Origin: Candidatus Kaiserbacteria bacterium
GTDB lineage: Bacteria; Patescibacteriota; Minisyncoccia; Phycocordibacterales; UBA918
Reading direction: 5' to 3'
DNA length: 25,075 bases
Assembly: GCA_043757305.1 (NCBI GenBank)
Contig: JAYVPP010000056.1
Coordinates: 1-25,075 of the forward strand
The notes below the pieces were generated by a model. It was not told the origin of the DNA. It saw nothing but the letters and a program-made list of their open reading frames with translations, and ran no database searches. Of this stretch, positions 16,042 to 24,063 are shown piece by piece. Position numbers and translations under genes: made by a program. Position 1 is the first letter of the stretch. Every line of letters begins with the position of its first letter.

Positions 16042-17709
16042 TTAGGAGACTCGCAAGTCGACGACACGAGCAAGCTCGTCAAGCGAGGTGTCTCCAGAGA
16101 GCACTTTAAATACACCATCTTGCTGCATAGTAGGGATGTGCTGTGAGAGGGCGATAGCCTCGATGGAGGCATCACGAGCATCCGAAATAACAATGTCCGA
16201 AATCTCTTTCGTCACTCGAATACCTTCATAGACACCTGCGCGTCCACGGAAACCGGTACCGTTACACACATTGCATCCGACCGCATCGTACACAACTGTC
16301 GCACTCGTTGGCGCTGAAACATATGTCGTATTTCCTAGTAGTGTATTCATAAGCGTAAGCTCGTCGTCATGGACTGGTCGTGCTTTTTTGCACGTGTTAC
16401 ACAGCACACGAATGAGGCGCTGCCCAATGATGAGGTTGACGGCGCTTCCTATCATTTCGCGATCAATACCGAGGTCGAGGAGGCGAGGAAATGCACCAGC
16501 GGCACTGTTGGTGTGAAGCGTCGAGAGCACAAGGTGGCCGGTGAGCGCAGCGTGGAGCGCGGTCTCTGCAACTTCGCGGTCGCGGATTTCTCCGACGAGA
16601 ATGACATCAGGATCTTGGCGAAGTATTGCACGAAGGCCCTCTGCGAAATGATAGTGTTCACCCACTTGTGTTTGTACGATGCCCTCGATTTTATATTCGA
16701 TCGGGTCTTCAAGTGTAATGATTTTTACTTCAGGTGTATGGATGTGTCGAAGGAGTGCATAAAGTGCGGTAGTTTTTCCCGAGCCAGTAGGACCAGTGGT
16801 GATGATCATGCCGTTTGGGCGCTTTACTTCGTCTTCTACCACTGCTTTGAGAACAGGGTTAAAGCCAAGATCCTCTATACCTTTGATGGCTGAGCTCGGG
16901 TCGAGCAAACGCATGACGATGGATTCGCCAAAACCTCCGGGAATGATGGACGAACGAATATCGAGCTGTTTGCCGTCGTGCGCAATGGTAAAGCGGCCGT
17001 CTTGCGCGATATCACTTTTGTTAAGCTTCAATCCCGAGAGGAGTTTGAGACGTGAACGAAGAAGCTCATAGAGTGGTTTTGGAATATCGAATACATCGAC
17101 GAGTACGCCGTCGAGACGGAAGCGGAGTCGTACGACACTTTCCTCTGGTTCAATATGAACGTCAGAGGCATGAAGCGCGATGGCACTTCCTAGGATAACC
17201 TCGAGGATCTCAGACACTTGGTGCGCATGGTCGCTGCCCGAAAGTGCACCGATGCGCGTACCAACGTCGGCAAGTGTTTTTGTTCGGCTTGAGATCTCAT
17301 CGACCTGTTTTTCAACAAATGACATGACACCCTTTTCACTTGCCTCCGTTTGTTTGATGTCGTGATAGCGCGCCCATGCATAGATGAGGCTCGTCTCGGA
17401 ACAAATAAAGACAGATACTGCGAGACCTTGTGCTTTGAGTGCGTCAAGCACTTCTTTCGTGTGTGTTTTATTGGGGTTGCGGAGCGCTACTGAAATGCGT
17501 GAGCCTGCACGCTCAAAGATAGCGACCTCAGCAAGACGCGCAATGTCTTCTTGAACTATGCGAAGCGCCTCAGTGTTAATGGTTGTGCCCTTCAGGTCTA
17601 TATAACTCTGACCATACTTTTGTGCAAGCGCGCTCATGAGCGTTTCTTCCTCGTGGCGCTTGAGCTCCGAGAGCTTGTCGCCGAGCCTAGTATCGTCAAA
17701 GTGCGCCAT
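16042..17709 (-). CDS. pilB: Type IV pilus / T2SS assembly ATPase (PilB/GspE family)
   Basis: GPTGSGKTT, TLEDPIEY, LRQDPDVILVGEIRD, TGHLVLSTLH, CNTC...CNVC Zn site. ATG 17709 preferred over GTG 17727. Confidence 0.9.
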   Translation of the reverse strand: MAHFDDTRLGDKLSELKRHEEETLMSALAQKYGQSYIDLKGTTINTEALRIVQEDIARLAEVAIFERAGSRISVALRNPNKTHTKEVLDALKAQGLAVSVFICSETSLIYAWARYHDIKQTEASEKGVMSFVEKQVDEISSRTKTLADVGTRIGALSGSDHAHQVSEILEVILGSAIALHASDVHIEPEESVVRLRFRLDGVLVDVFDIPKPLYELLRSRLKLLSGLKLNKSDIAQDGRFTIAHDGKQLDIRSSIIPGGFGESIVMRLLDPSSAIKGIEDLGFNPVLKAVVEDEVKRPNGMIITTGPTGSGKTTALYALLRHIHTPEVKIITLEDPIEYKIEGIVQTQVGEHYHFAEGLRAILRQDPDVILVGEIRDREVAETALHAALTGHLVLSTLHTNSAAGAFPRLLDLGIDREMIGSAVNLIIGQRLIRVLCNTCKKARPVHDDELTLMNTLLGNTTYVSAPTSATVVYDAVGCNVCNGTGFRGRAGVYEGIRVTKEISDIVISDARDASIEAIALSQHIPTMQQDGVFKVLSGDTSLDELARVVDLRVS

Positions 17710-17817
17710 ATGGCTCAATGGTAGCACGACACATGATGCAGAAACCTATTTTTCTACAGAAATAGAGTGATTTTTATGCCCCTGTTATGCCATTGTAAGA
17801 GTGGTACAATGCCTGCT

Positions 17818-18264
17818 ATGGAAGTATTTCATGCAGGTACGGTAGCTGATGTTGTGCTGCTTGCAAAACGCATCACTGCTTCTCTTGAAGTTTCAAAGGA
17901 GCCAGGACATATCGCACTCTCAGGTGATTTAGGTGCAGGAAAAACGACGTTGGTACAAGCAATTGCACGCGAGCTTGGCGTTACCGAAACTGTCACGAGT
18001 CCCACTTTTGTGGTGATGAAGCAGTACGCAGTTTCTGGAAGTCGCTTCAAAACGCTCGTGCACATCGATGCATATCGTATCGAAGACGAAGCAGAGCTCG
18101 ACGTGCTCCACATTCGCGATCTGCTTGCAGACAGAGCGAACCTTGTGATCGTTGAATGGCCTGAAAAAGTGCCAACGTATACGAACGACAGTACGATCCA
18201 TATTCACGGAACGGTTGCTGACGATGGCGGAAGAAATTTTGAAATTGTAAAAGGCGACATATGA
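17818..18264 (+). CDS. tsaE: tRNA threonylcarbamoyladenosine biosynthesis ATPase TsaE
   Basis: GDLGAGKTT, VTSPTF, HIDAYRI, IVEW. TGgTACAAT lies 7 nt before ATG 17818. Confidence 0.95.
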   Translation: MEVFHAGTVADVVLLAKRITASLEVSKEPGHIALSGDLGAGKTTLVQAIARELGVTETVTSPTFVVMKQYAVSGSRFKTLVHIDAYRIEDEAELDVLHIRDLLADRANLVIVEWPEKVPTYTNDSTIHIHGTVADDGGRNFEIVKGDI

Positions 18265-20696
18265 CAAAAAAAATAGCCACAACTCCAAAAACCAGCACAA
18301 AAAAAACAAGCGCGCCAAAAGAGGAACGCAAGCGTCTCGTGCTGCTCGACACGCACGCCATTCTTCACCGCGCGTACCATGCACTCCCGGACTTTGTGTC
18401 GCCAAAAGGCGAGCCGACTGGCGCGCTCTACGGCCTCGTCGCCATGATCCTTGCTCTTATAGATGACCTAAAGCCCGACTACATCGCGGCGTGTCTTGAC
18501 CTTCCGGGACCGACACACCGACATGAAGCATTTGAAGCATACAAAGGTACGCGCGAAAAAACAGACGATGCGCTGGTGTCTCAGATCGTGCGCGTGCGCG
18601 ATATTTTTCTCGCACTCGGTATTCCGATGTATGACATGCCGGGCTTTGAAGCAGATGACATGCTCGGCACTATTGCGGTGCGTGCAAAAGGCGATGTCGA
18701 TGTCATCATTGCATCGGGTGACATGGACACACTCCAGCTCGTCGATGGAAAAAAAGTGCAGGTGTACACCCTTCGGAAGGGGATTAAAGACACCGTGCTC
18801 TACGACGAGCGCTCGGTAAAAGAGCGCTACGGCTTTGGTCCGGAGCGCGTCGTCGACTACAAAGGTCTTCGTGGCGACCCGTCTGACAACATTCCTGGTA
18901 TCAAAGGCATTGGAGAAAAAACAGCGACTGACCTCATCTTGAAGTTTGGTAGCATTGAGGAGATATATACAAAGCTCAAGAAAAATCGTGAATCGTTTCT
19001 TGCCGCTGGTATTCGCGAACGCATCATCGGTCTTCTTGAAGCAGGCGAAGAAGAAGCGCTTTTTTCCAAAGCACTTGCAACCATTCACAAAGATGCGCCC
19101 ATCACCTTTGCGCTTCCAGAGAAAACCTGGAAAGACAATATAGACGTCGAGCAGACACTCATGCTCTTTAGCGAGCTCGGCTTCCGGACACTTCGTGAGC
19201 GCATCAAGACGCTCTTTGGTGCCGAGGACGCAGATGGTACTGAAGGTGAAGCGAATACAGTGCCCGAGGAAATTGTTGCAGAAGAGAAGGTAGAAAAAAC
19301 TGCAATCGCGCTCTGGCTCATTGAGTCGGATATCACGAGTGCTGGCAAAAGCGACATTCTGGAGTACGGAAGGCAAGAAAAGAAAGAAGGTTTTGCTGCA
19401 ACACGGGACCTCATTTTTGAAACACTTGAAAAAACAGGACGACTCAAAGAAATATATACGGACATTGAGCTGCCACTTCGCGATGTGCTCAAAAAAATGT
19501 CTGCGACTGGCATTCTTCTTGACACTGCGTATCTCGCGACACTTTCAAAAGTATTTCACACAGAGCAAGATGCACTTGAAACGTCCATTCATACACATGC
19601 GGGTTCTGCTTTCAATATTAATTCCCCAAAACAGCTTGGTGAAGTACTGTTCGATACGCTCGCGCTTGGCGGTTCGAAACAAAAGCGCACAGCAACAGGG
19701 CAGAGAACAACCAAGGAGTCTGAGCTCGAGAAAATGCGAGGCGAGCACCCAATCATTGACGACATTTTGCGCTACCGCGAGCTTCAGAAGCTTGTGTCGA
19801 CGTATGTCGATAGTTTACCGCATGCGCGGGGCGACGATAAGCGCATCCACACTACCTTTTTGCAGTCGGGCGCAGTGACTGGTCGCATGGCGACGACCAA
19901 CCCAAGCCTTCAGAATATTCCGGTCAAGACCGAGGAAGGAAAGCTCATTCGCCGCGCATTTGTTGCGGGCGAGGGAATGTCGATTCTTTCCATCGACTAT
20001 TCCCAGATCGAGCTTCGTCTTGCTGCGATGCTGTCAGGCGACAGCAAGCTCACGGAGATTTTTAACGAAGGACAAGACGTGCACACAGCGGTCGCTGCAC
20101 AAGTGTTTGGTGTATCAGAAAAAGAAGTGACGAGTGACATGCGCCGACGCGCGAAGGTCATAAACTTCGGCATTCTCTATGGTATGGGTGTAAACGCGCT
20201 CCGTCAAAACCTCGGCGAAGGCACGTCGCGCGCCGACGCCGACGCATTTCTCACTGCGTATTTTCAGACCTTTACACGCCTTGCGGAGTATCTCGAAGAA
20301 ACAAAAGCGTATGCCAGAAAACACGGCTATACAGAAACATACTTTGGTCGACGCCGACATTTTCCTGGCATCAAGTCGACTATTCCGTACATCAAGGCAA
20401 GCGCTGAGCGTATGGCTATCAACGCGCCAATACAAGGCACTCAGGCAGATATCATTCGCATCGCGATGGTACGTATCGCGCGCGAGCTCGAAGAAAAAAA
20501 ATGGCAGGGAAAAGTATCGATGCTTCTGCAAGTGCATGACGAACTTCTCTTTGAAGTAAAAAATGACACCGTGTCTGATGTCGTGCCAGTACTCAAACGC
20601 ATCATGGAGGATGTGCTGACAAAAGAAGTTGCGCACGTGCCGATTATTACAGAAGCAGCGGTTGGCAAAAATTGGGGAGAACTCAAACGCATCTAA
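18261..20696 (+). CDS. polA: DNA polymerase I
   Basis: 5'-3' exo motifs (DTHAILHRAYHA, FEADD, GDPSDNIPGIKGIGEKTA); polymerase motifs A DYSQIELR, B AKVINFGILYG, C QVHDEL; 3'-5' exo region largely missing. Confidence 0.98.
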   Translation: MTKKIATTPKTSTKKTSAPKEERKRLVLLDTHAILHRAYHALPDFVSPKGEPTGALYGLVAMILALIDDLKPDYIAACLDLPGPTHRHEAFEAYKGTREKTDDALVSQIVRVRDIFLALGIPMYDMPGFEADDMLGTIAVRAKGDVDVIIASGDMDTLQLVDGKKVQVYTLRKGIKDTVLYDERSVKERYGFGPERVVDYKGLRGDPSDNIPGIKGIGEKTATDLILKFGSIEEIYTKLKKNRESFLAAGIRERIIGLLEAGEEEALFSKALATIHKDAPITFALPEKTWKDNIDVEQTLMLFSELGFRTLRERIKTLFGAEDADGTEGEANTVPEEIVAEEKVEKTAIALWLIESDITSAGKSDILEYGRQEKKEGFAATRDLIFETLEKTGRLKEIYTDIELPLRDVLKKMSATGILLDTAYLATLSKVFHTEQDALETSIHTHAGSAFNINSPKQLGEVLFDTLALGGSKQKRTATGQRTTKESELEKMRGEHPIIDDILRYRELQKLVSTYVDSLPHARGDDKRIHTTFLQSGAVTGRMATTNPSLQNIPVKTEEGKLIRRAFVAGEGMSILSIDYSQIELRLAAMLSGDSKLTEIFNEGQDVHTAVAAQVFGVSEKEVTSDMRRRAKVINFGILYGMGVNALRQNLGEGTSRADADAFLTAYFQTFTRLAEYLEETKAYARKHGYTETYFGRRRHFPGIKSTIPYIKASAERMAINAPIQGTQADIIRIAMVRIARELEEKKWQGKVSMLLQVHDELLFEVKNDTVSDVVPVLKRIMEDVLTKEVAHVPIITEAAVGKNWGELKRI

Positions 20697-20697
20697 T

Positions 20698-21396
20698 ATG
20701 CTCGTTGTATTTTCAGGAAACAATACCGTCGAAACGCGCTCACATGCGCGAGAGTATGTTTTAAGCGAAGAAGAGAAGGGGAAATCGGTTCGCACAGTGT
20801 CGAGTGATGCGTACCAAGCGGGCGAGCTCGCAGCTTCCGCGCAGGGTGCGTCTCTTTTTGGTGGAACGGAGTGTATCGTGCTCGATACACTTTCTGAAAA
20901 CGAAGAGGCATTTGCAGAGCTATTCACGGCACTTCCGCTCCTTGCGTCATCACCCCATACGTTTGTGGTTATCGAAAAAAAGCTACTTGCAGATGCTGCG
21001 AAAGTATTTGCGGAGCATGCAGAAAAAATAGTACTAAGCAAAGACGGAGCTGCAACCCGTTTCAATGCTTTTGCTCTTGCAGATGCACTTGCGGCAAAAG
21101 ACAAAAAGACTCTCTGGATGTTGCTTCTGCGAGCACAGCAAGAAGGTCTGACACCAGAAGAGATCATTGGCACACTTTTTTGGCAGCTCAAAAGTCTGCG
21201 TCTCGCCAAGATAACCACGACTGCAGCAGACGCAGATATGAAAGATTTTCCATACAACAAAGCAAAACGAGCCGCAGCGAAGTTTACAACTGAAGAACTA
21301 CAAACGCTGTCTGAACGACTTCTCACTGTCTACCACAAAGGCCATCTCGGCAGTGACATCAACCTCACGCTGGAGCAGTGGGTGCTGTCGATATAG
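20698..21396 (+). CDS. holA: DNA polymerase III delta subunit-like protein
   Basis: Starts 1 nt after polA; ASLFGGTECIVL, FNAFALADAL..KDKK, IIGTLFWQLK, NLTLEQWVL are typical HolA segments. Confidence 0.8.
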   Translation: MLVVFSGNNTVETRSHAREYVLSEEEKGKSVRTVSSDAYQAGELAASAQGASLFGGTECIVLDTLSENEEAFAELFTALPLLASSPHTFVVIEKKLLADAAKVFAEHAEKIVLSKDGAATRFNAFALADALAAKDKKTLWMLLLRAQQEGLTPEEIIGTLFWQLKSLRLAKITTTAADADMKDFPYNKAKRAAAKFTTEELQTLSERLLTVYHKGHLGSDINLTLEQWVLSI

Positions 21397-21505
21397 AAGG
21401 AGTGATACTGCAATAGATTGCCGTCACAGATAATTTCTTTCAGAAATTTCCGCGATCCCACCTCGCGGTCGCAAGGCGACATCGCTGCGGCTCGGACAAG
21501 TAAAC

Positions 21506-21531
21506 AAAAACAGCACGCAAGTGCTGTTTTT
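21506..21531. terminator. Bidirectional intrinsic terminator after holA
   Basis: AAAAACAGCAC-GCAA-GTGCTGTTTTT, 11-bp perfect stem with a GNRA loop. Confidence 0.85.
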
Positions 21532-21840
21532 CATCGTGTCCACATGACGCTGCCGATTCTCGAAGCAGTCCCGACCTGCTCAATCAGCAATTTGAGCTGC
21601 TAGTAGCCATTGCGACATCGGAAGATGTTTGTGAACTACACGAGCCTCGATCTGTTGAAAGCACTATTCCGACTTCAGCCAAGGCCAAGAATTTTCACGC
21701 TCCATCCGTTCACTCCGAACAGACCTCGGACAAAAAAGTCAGCGATGATTGAGACAATCAGGATCATCATGAGCATGCTTCTCACACTCGACGAATTCAG
21801 AGGTGTGGCAAAACACTTCAGTGCAACCTTCCTCGTCTAC

Positions 21841-21868
21841 TTGCAAAAAAACAGCAAGAGCATACAAT
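21841..21868 (+). promoter_or_regulatory. Candidate sigma70 promoter
   Basis: TTGCAA-N16-TACAAT; only a ~55-nt hairpin/terminator lies downstream before the NYN gene end. Confidence 0.45.
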
Positions 21869-21885
21869 AGAAGCTAATCACTACC

Positions 21886-21930
21886 GAGGGCGTTCGCCAA
21901 AGGGTTCATCCCGAGGAGGACGCTCTTTTT
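21886..21930 (+). terminator. Hairpin plus T-run on the + strand (terminator or small RNA)
   Basis: AGGGCGTTC/GGACGCTCT stem with 2 G-U pairs, inner GGG-TTCAT-CCC, followed by TTTT. Confidence 0.55.
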
Positions 21931-21932
21931 AG

Positions 21933-22427
21933 TTACGATTTCCTTCCAATTTTATCCTTCAGCACATTGAGAAACTGCAGCGATCCATCAGTCCCTACGG
22001 CGCGCTTAAGCAGGAATGAGGTCTTTGTGGTACTCGTTGAAAGAACTGCTTTGAGCTTTCGTGCATCCTTGAGATGACTCACCAATACTGCAAAGTCACC
22101 ATCACTTGTCACCAACAGCGCATTGTCATAAGTTGCAAGTGTTGAGACAGCATAGAGGGTGAGGTGTACATCAACATTTCCTTTAGGCTTCCCATCACTC
22201 CCTTTGGATACCTCCTTGAAGACCACATGGAATCCTGCGTCCTGAAGAAGATCATAGAACTTCTGATTTTCAGGTAGGAAGCCGATGAACCAGTATGCTT
22301 TAGTGACATGGTATTTGTCAGTGAGATACGTTCGAAATCGATACACATCCACTGACCACCCGAGGTCTTTGAGACCCATGAAAAGATTCTGTGCATCGAT
22401 GAATGCATGATTGTTTTCGGCAGACAT
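21933..22427 (-). CDS. NYN domain protein (LabA/DUF88, PIN-like nuclease)
   Basis: AFIDAQNL, KGNVDVHL, LLVTSDGDFAVLV acidic active-site motifs. Confidence 0.92.
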   Translation of the reverse strand: MSAENNHAFIDAQNLFMGLKDLGWSVDVYRFRTYLTDKYHVTKAYWFIGFLPENQKFYDLLQDAGFHVVFKEVSKGSDGKPKGNVDVHLTLYAVSTLATYDNALLVTSDGDFAVLVSHLKDARKLKAVLSTSTTKTSFLLKRAVGTDGSLQFLNVLKDKIGRKS

Positions 22428-22631
22428 AGAGAGTTTCGAAAACTATATCATGTCTGTTCGTGTTGGTTTCTGTAAACTCACAGAATGGACTGTCGTCGTA
22501 TTACTCTAAATACAACACAACCCTATAGGCCATACTAAAAACCCTACTTGCCCACTCACTGTGTACCGTTCAAGTTCTGGACTGATCTCTGACTGCTTTT
22601 CTATTCTTTTTTCATATGTTTTAACGGTCAA

Positions 22632-23030
22632 TCATTCCAATAAGCCCAATGGCGTACAGTCCTTTATGATCTCCCCGGCAAATTCTTTAAAAGTGCCACC
22701 GTATTCCCATTGTGGGTTATTGCAAAACCTCGGACAGTTTGTGTTGCCCACGGTTTGTGCGTAGCCAGGTATGAGACAATTACCGCCCAATCGCCAATCG
22801 GTACAAATCTGTCTTCGGCGCTCAAAGACATGGTACAGAGTGAACACACCGCATTTTACTCGCGATATCTTTCCAGCGACTTTCACCACCTTCACAATGT
22901 TTCCCTTGAAGACAATATCTCTGCCGACTCTTATCACTTGACCGTCTTCAGAATATGCAACACTAGTCCAAATCATTGCGCATACAAATGCCAAAAAACC
23001 CGTCCGCTGAGTTATGAATCGCTTCCCCAT
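22632..23030 (-). CDS. Small secreted cysteine-rich protein
   Basis: SD AGGAGG 10 nt upstream; signal peptide ending SVAYS|E; six Cys in the mature part (C60, 76, 85, 99, 103, 125). Confidence 0.7.
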   Translation of the reverse strand: MGKRFITQRTGFLAFVCAMIWTSVAYSEDGQVIRVGRDIVFKGNIVKVVKVAGKISRVKCGVFTLYHVFERRRQICTDWRLGGNCLIPGYAQTVGNTNCPRFCNNPQWEYGGTFKEFAGEIIKDCTPLGLLE

Positions 23031-23066
23031 AAAACGAACTCCTCCTGTCCATGATATGATCCATAG

Positions 23067-23261
23067 ATGAAATTCACTAGAATGACAATTCTATGGATTG
23101 TGTGGGTATTGTTGCTCGGTCCTTTGGTCGCATGGCAACTATATTCGATAATTTCCAATCTGACGTTTGGTTCATGGTTCCGAGACATACTTTCCGCAGT
23201 GGTGCCAGTTGGAATATATCTGGGAGTAATGTGGATTTTTGAGCGAAAAATATCAAAATAA
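23067..23261 (+). CDS. Small two-TM membrane protein
   Basis: 64 aa, two hydrophobic helices and a basic C-tail (ERKISK); TGaTATGAT extended -10 lies 6 nt before the ATG. Confidence 0.7.
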   Translation: MKFTRMTILWIVWVLLLGPLVAWQLYSIISNLTFGSWFRDILSAVVPVGIYLGVMWIFERKISK

Positions 23262-23276
23262 GACGTGGTTCGCTGC

Positions 23277-23431
23277 CTACTGGCGGTCATTAAGAATGAA
23301 GAAAAGTTCAAGAAGTGACTTATTTTGAATCAAAATATCAGTAGCATTAAGCAACTTCTTCATCTCGGCAGCGTGTTCGATGTGTGCATATAGTCTTTCC
23401 GGAAGGAGTTGCTGTATTCAATGCGTTGCAT
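23277..23431 (-). pseudogene. Frameshifted, truncated YafQ/RelE-family toxin remnant
   Basis: Frame A gives MQRIEYSNSFRKDY; the shifted frame gives AHIEHAAEMKKLLNATDILIQNKSLLE. Together they resemble the YafQ N-terminus. The DH(P/A)L...CHI catalytic half is absent. Confidence 0.5.
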
Positions 23432-23504
23432 TTGGAGTAACAGCTATGGGTCTCTGCCTAATGCAGCTTCAACTTAACTTTCTAGTCTTATAGGCACATA
23501 GCTT

Positions 23505-23538
23505 AAGCCGCCCAAAAATCTGGGTGGCTTTTTATTTT
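23505..23538 (+). terminator. Intrinsic terminator
   Basis: AAGCCGCCCA/TGGGTGGCTT 10-bp stem (1 G-U) followed by TTTATTTT. Confidence 0.7.
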
Positions 23539-23613
23539 AGGAGGCTGTTTCCGTTATTAGCACGAGTTTACGCGAAATTCTGACATGAGAATTCGACATT
23601 TGGGGCCTTCTTG

Positions 23614-23686
23614 TCCGCCCGGCAGGAATCGAACCTGCGACCATCTCCTTAAAAGGGAGCCGCTCTACCGACTGAGCTACGGGCGG
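23614..23686 (-). tRNA. tRNA-Lys(UUU)
   Basis: CCGCCCG TAGCTCAGTCGGTAGAGC G GCTCC CTTTTAA GGAGA TGGTC GCAGG TTCGATT CCTGC CGGGCGG A; 73 nt, CCA not encoded. Confidence 0.97.
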
Positions 23687-23918
23687 GAATGAGGACGGAT
23701 GAAAAAGTTTACTTTTTCATTTTGTCCGAATGAACCGCCAGCCGTGCGAAGCACGTCAGGGCGGAAGTGAGGATGAGTAGAAAAACAAGTTTTTCTATAT
23801 CGTCCGAATGAACCGCCTGGAAGCCTTGCTTACAGGGCGGGGTGTTGTACTGACACCGCCAGCCGTGCGAAGCACGTCAGGGCGGATATTCTTTTGTACA
23901 TACCGCCGAAAGGGCGGT
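23687..23918. repeat. Array of hairpins with shared stems and constant linkers upstream of tRNA-Lys
   Basis: Four ACCGCC-x-AGGGCGG units (23734, 23812, 23855, 23902), two carrying the identical 18-nt insert AGCCGTGCGAAGCACGTC; GTCCGAATGAACCGCC twice, 78 bp apart; GAATGA linkers at 23687, 23728, 23806. Confidence 0.85.
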
Positions 23919-23955
23919 TACCATTCAAAAACTTCCGTATTTGAAGTGCCCCGAA

Positions 23956-23983
23956 AATATACCACAAAATCAGTTTCTGTCGA
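23956..23983 (-). promoter_or_regulatory. Candidate promoter for the hairpin array / tRNA-Lys transcript
   Basis: Minus strand TCGACA-N16-TATATT with an extended -10 TG; predicted TSS near 23949. Confidence 0.5.
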
Positions 23984-24063
23984 TTTTTTACGATGGTAAA
24001 AATGCGCGGTCTTGTCCCCGTTTTCTAGAGGGAAATTGAGCCATTTGTTGGTAGAATGAGGGC

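Noticed and set aside
20115-21326. 403-aa minus-strand ORF, and similar long antisense ORFs (18468-19376, 17929-18405, 11216-11677, 4118-4651, 11947-12462)
   Set aside because: They lie opposite well-identified genes, have no recognisable motifs and show the Ser/Arg/Phe-rich composition typical of shadow frames.
21397-21560. attL/attR copy of the tRNA-Lys 3' end bounding the islet
   Set aside because: No match to TCCGCCCGGCAGGAATCGAA found by eye near the holA end or elsewhere in the window.
21418-21870. ORFs 21418-21603 and 21610-21870, a start-less frame (DLLNQQFELLVAIATSED...) and a 33-aa hydrophobic minus-strand peptide starting at 21776
   Set aside because: No SD or well-spaced -10, no recognisable family, and the candidates overlap each other. 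None can be preferred without homology data.
23687-23918. CRISPR array
   Set aside because: The longest exact unit repeats only twice, an inner segment is duplicated rather than unique, and there are no cas genes in the window.
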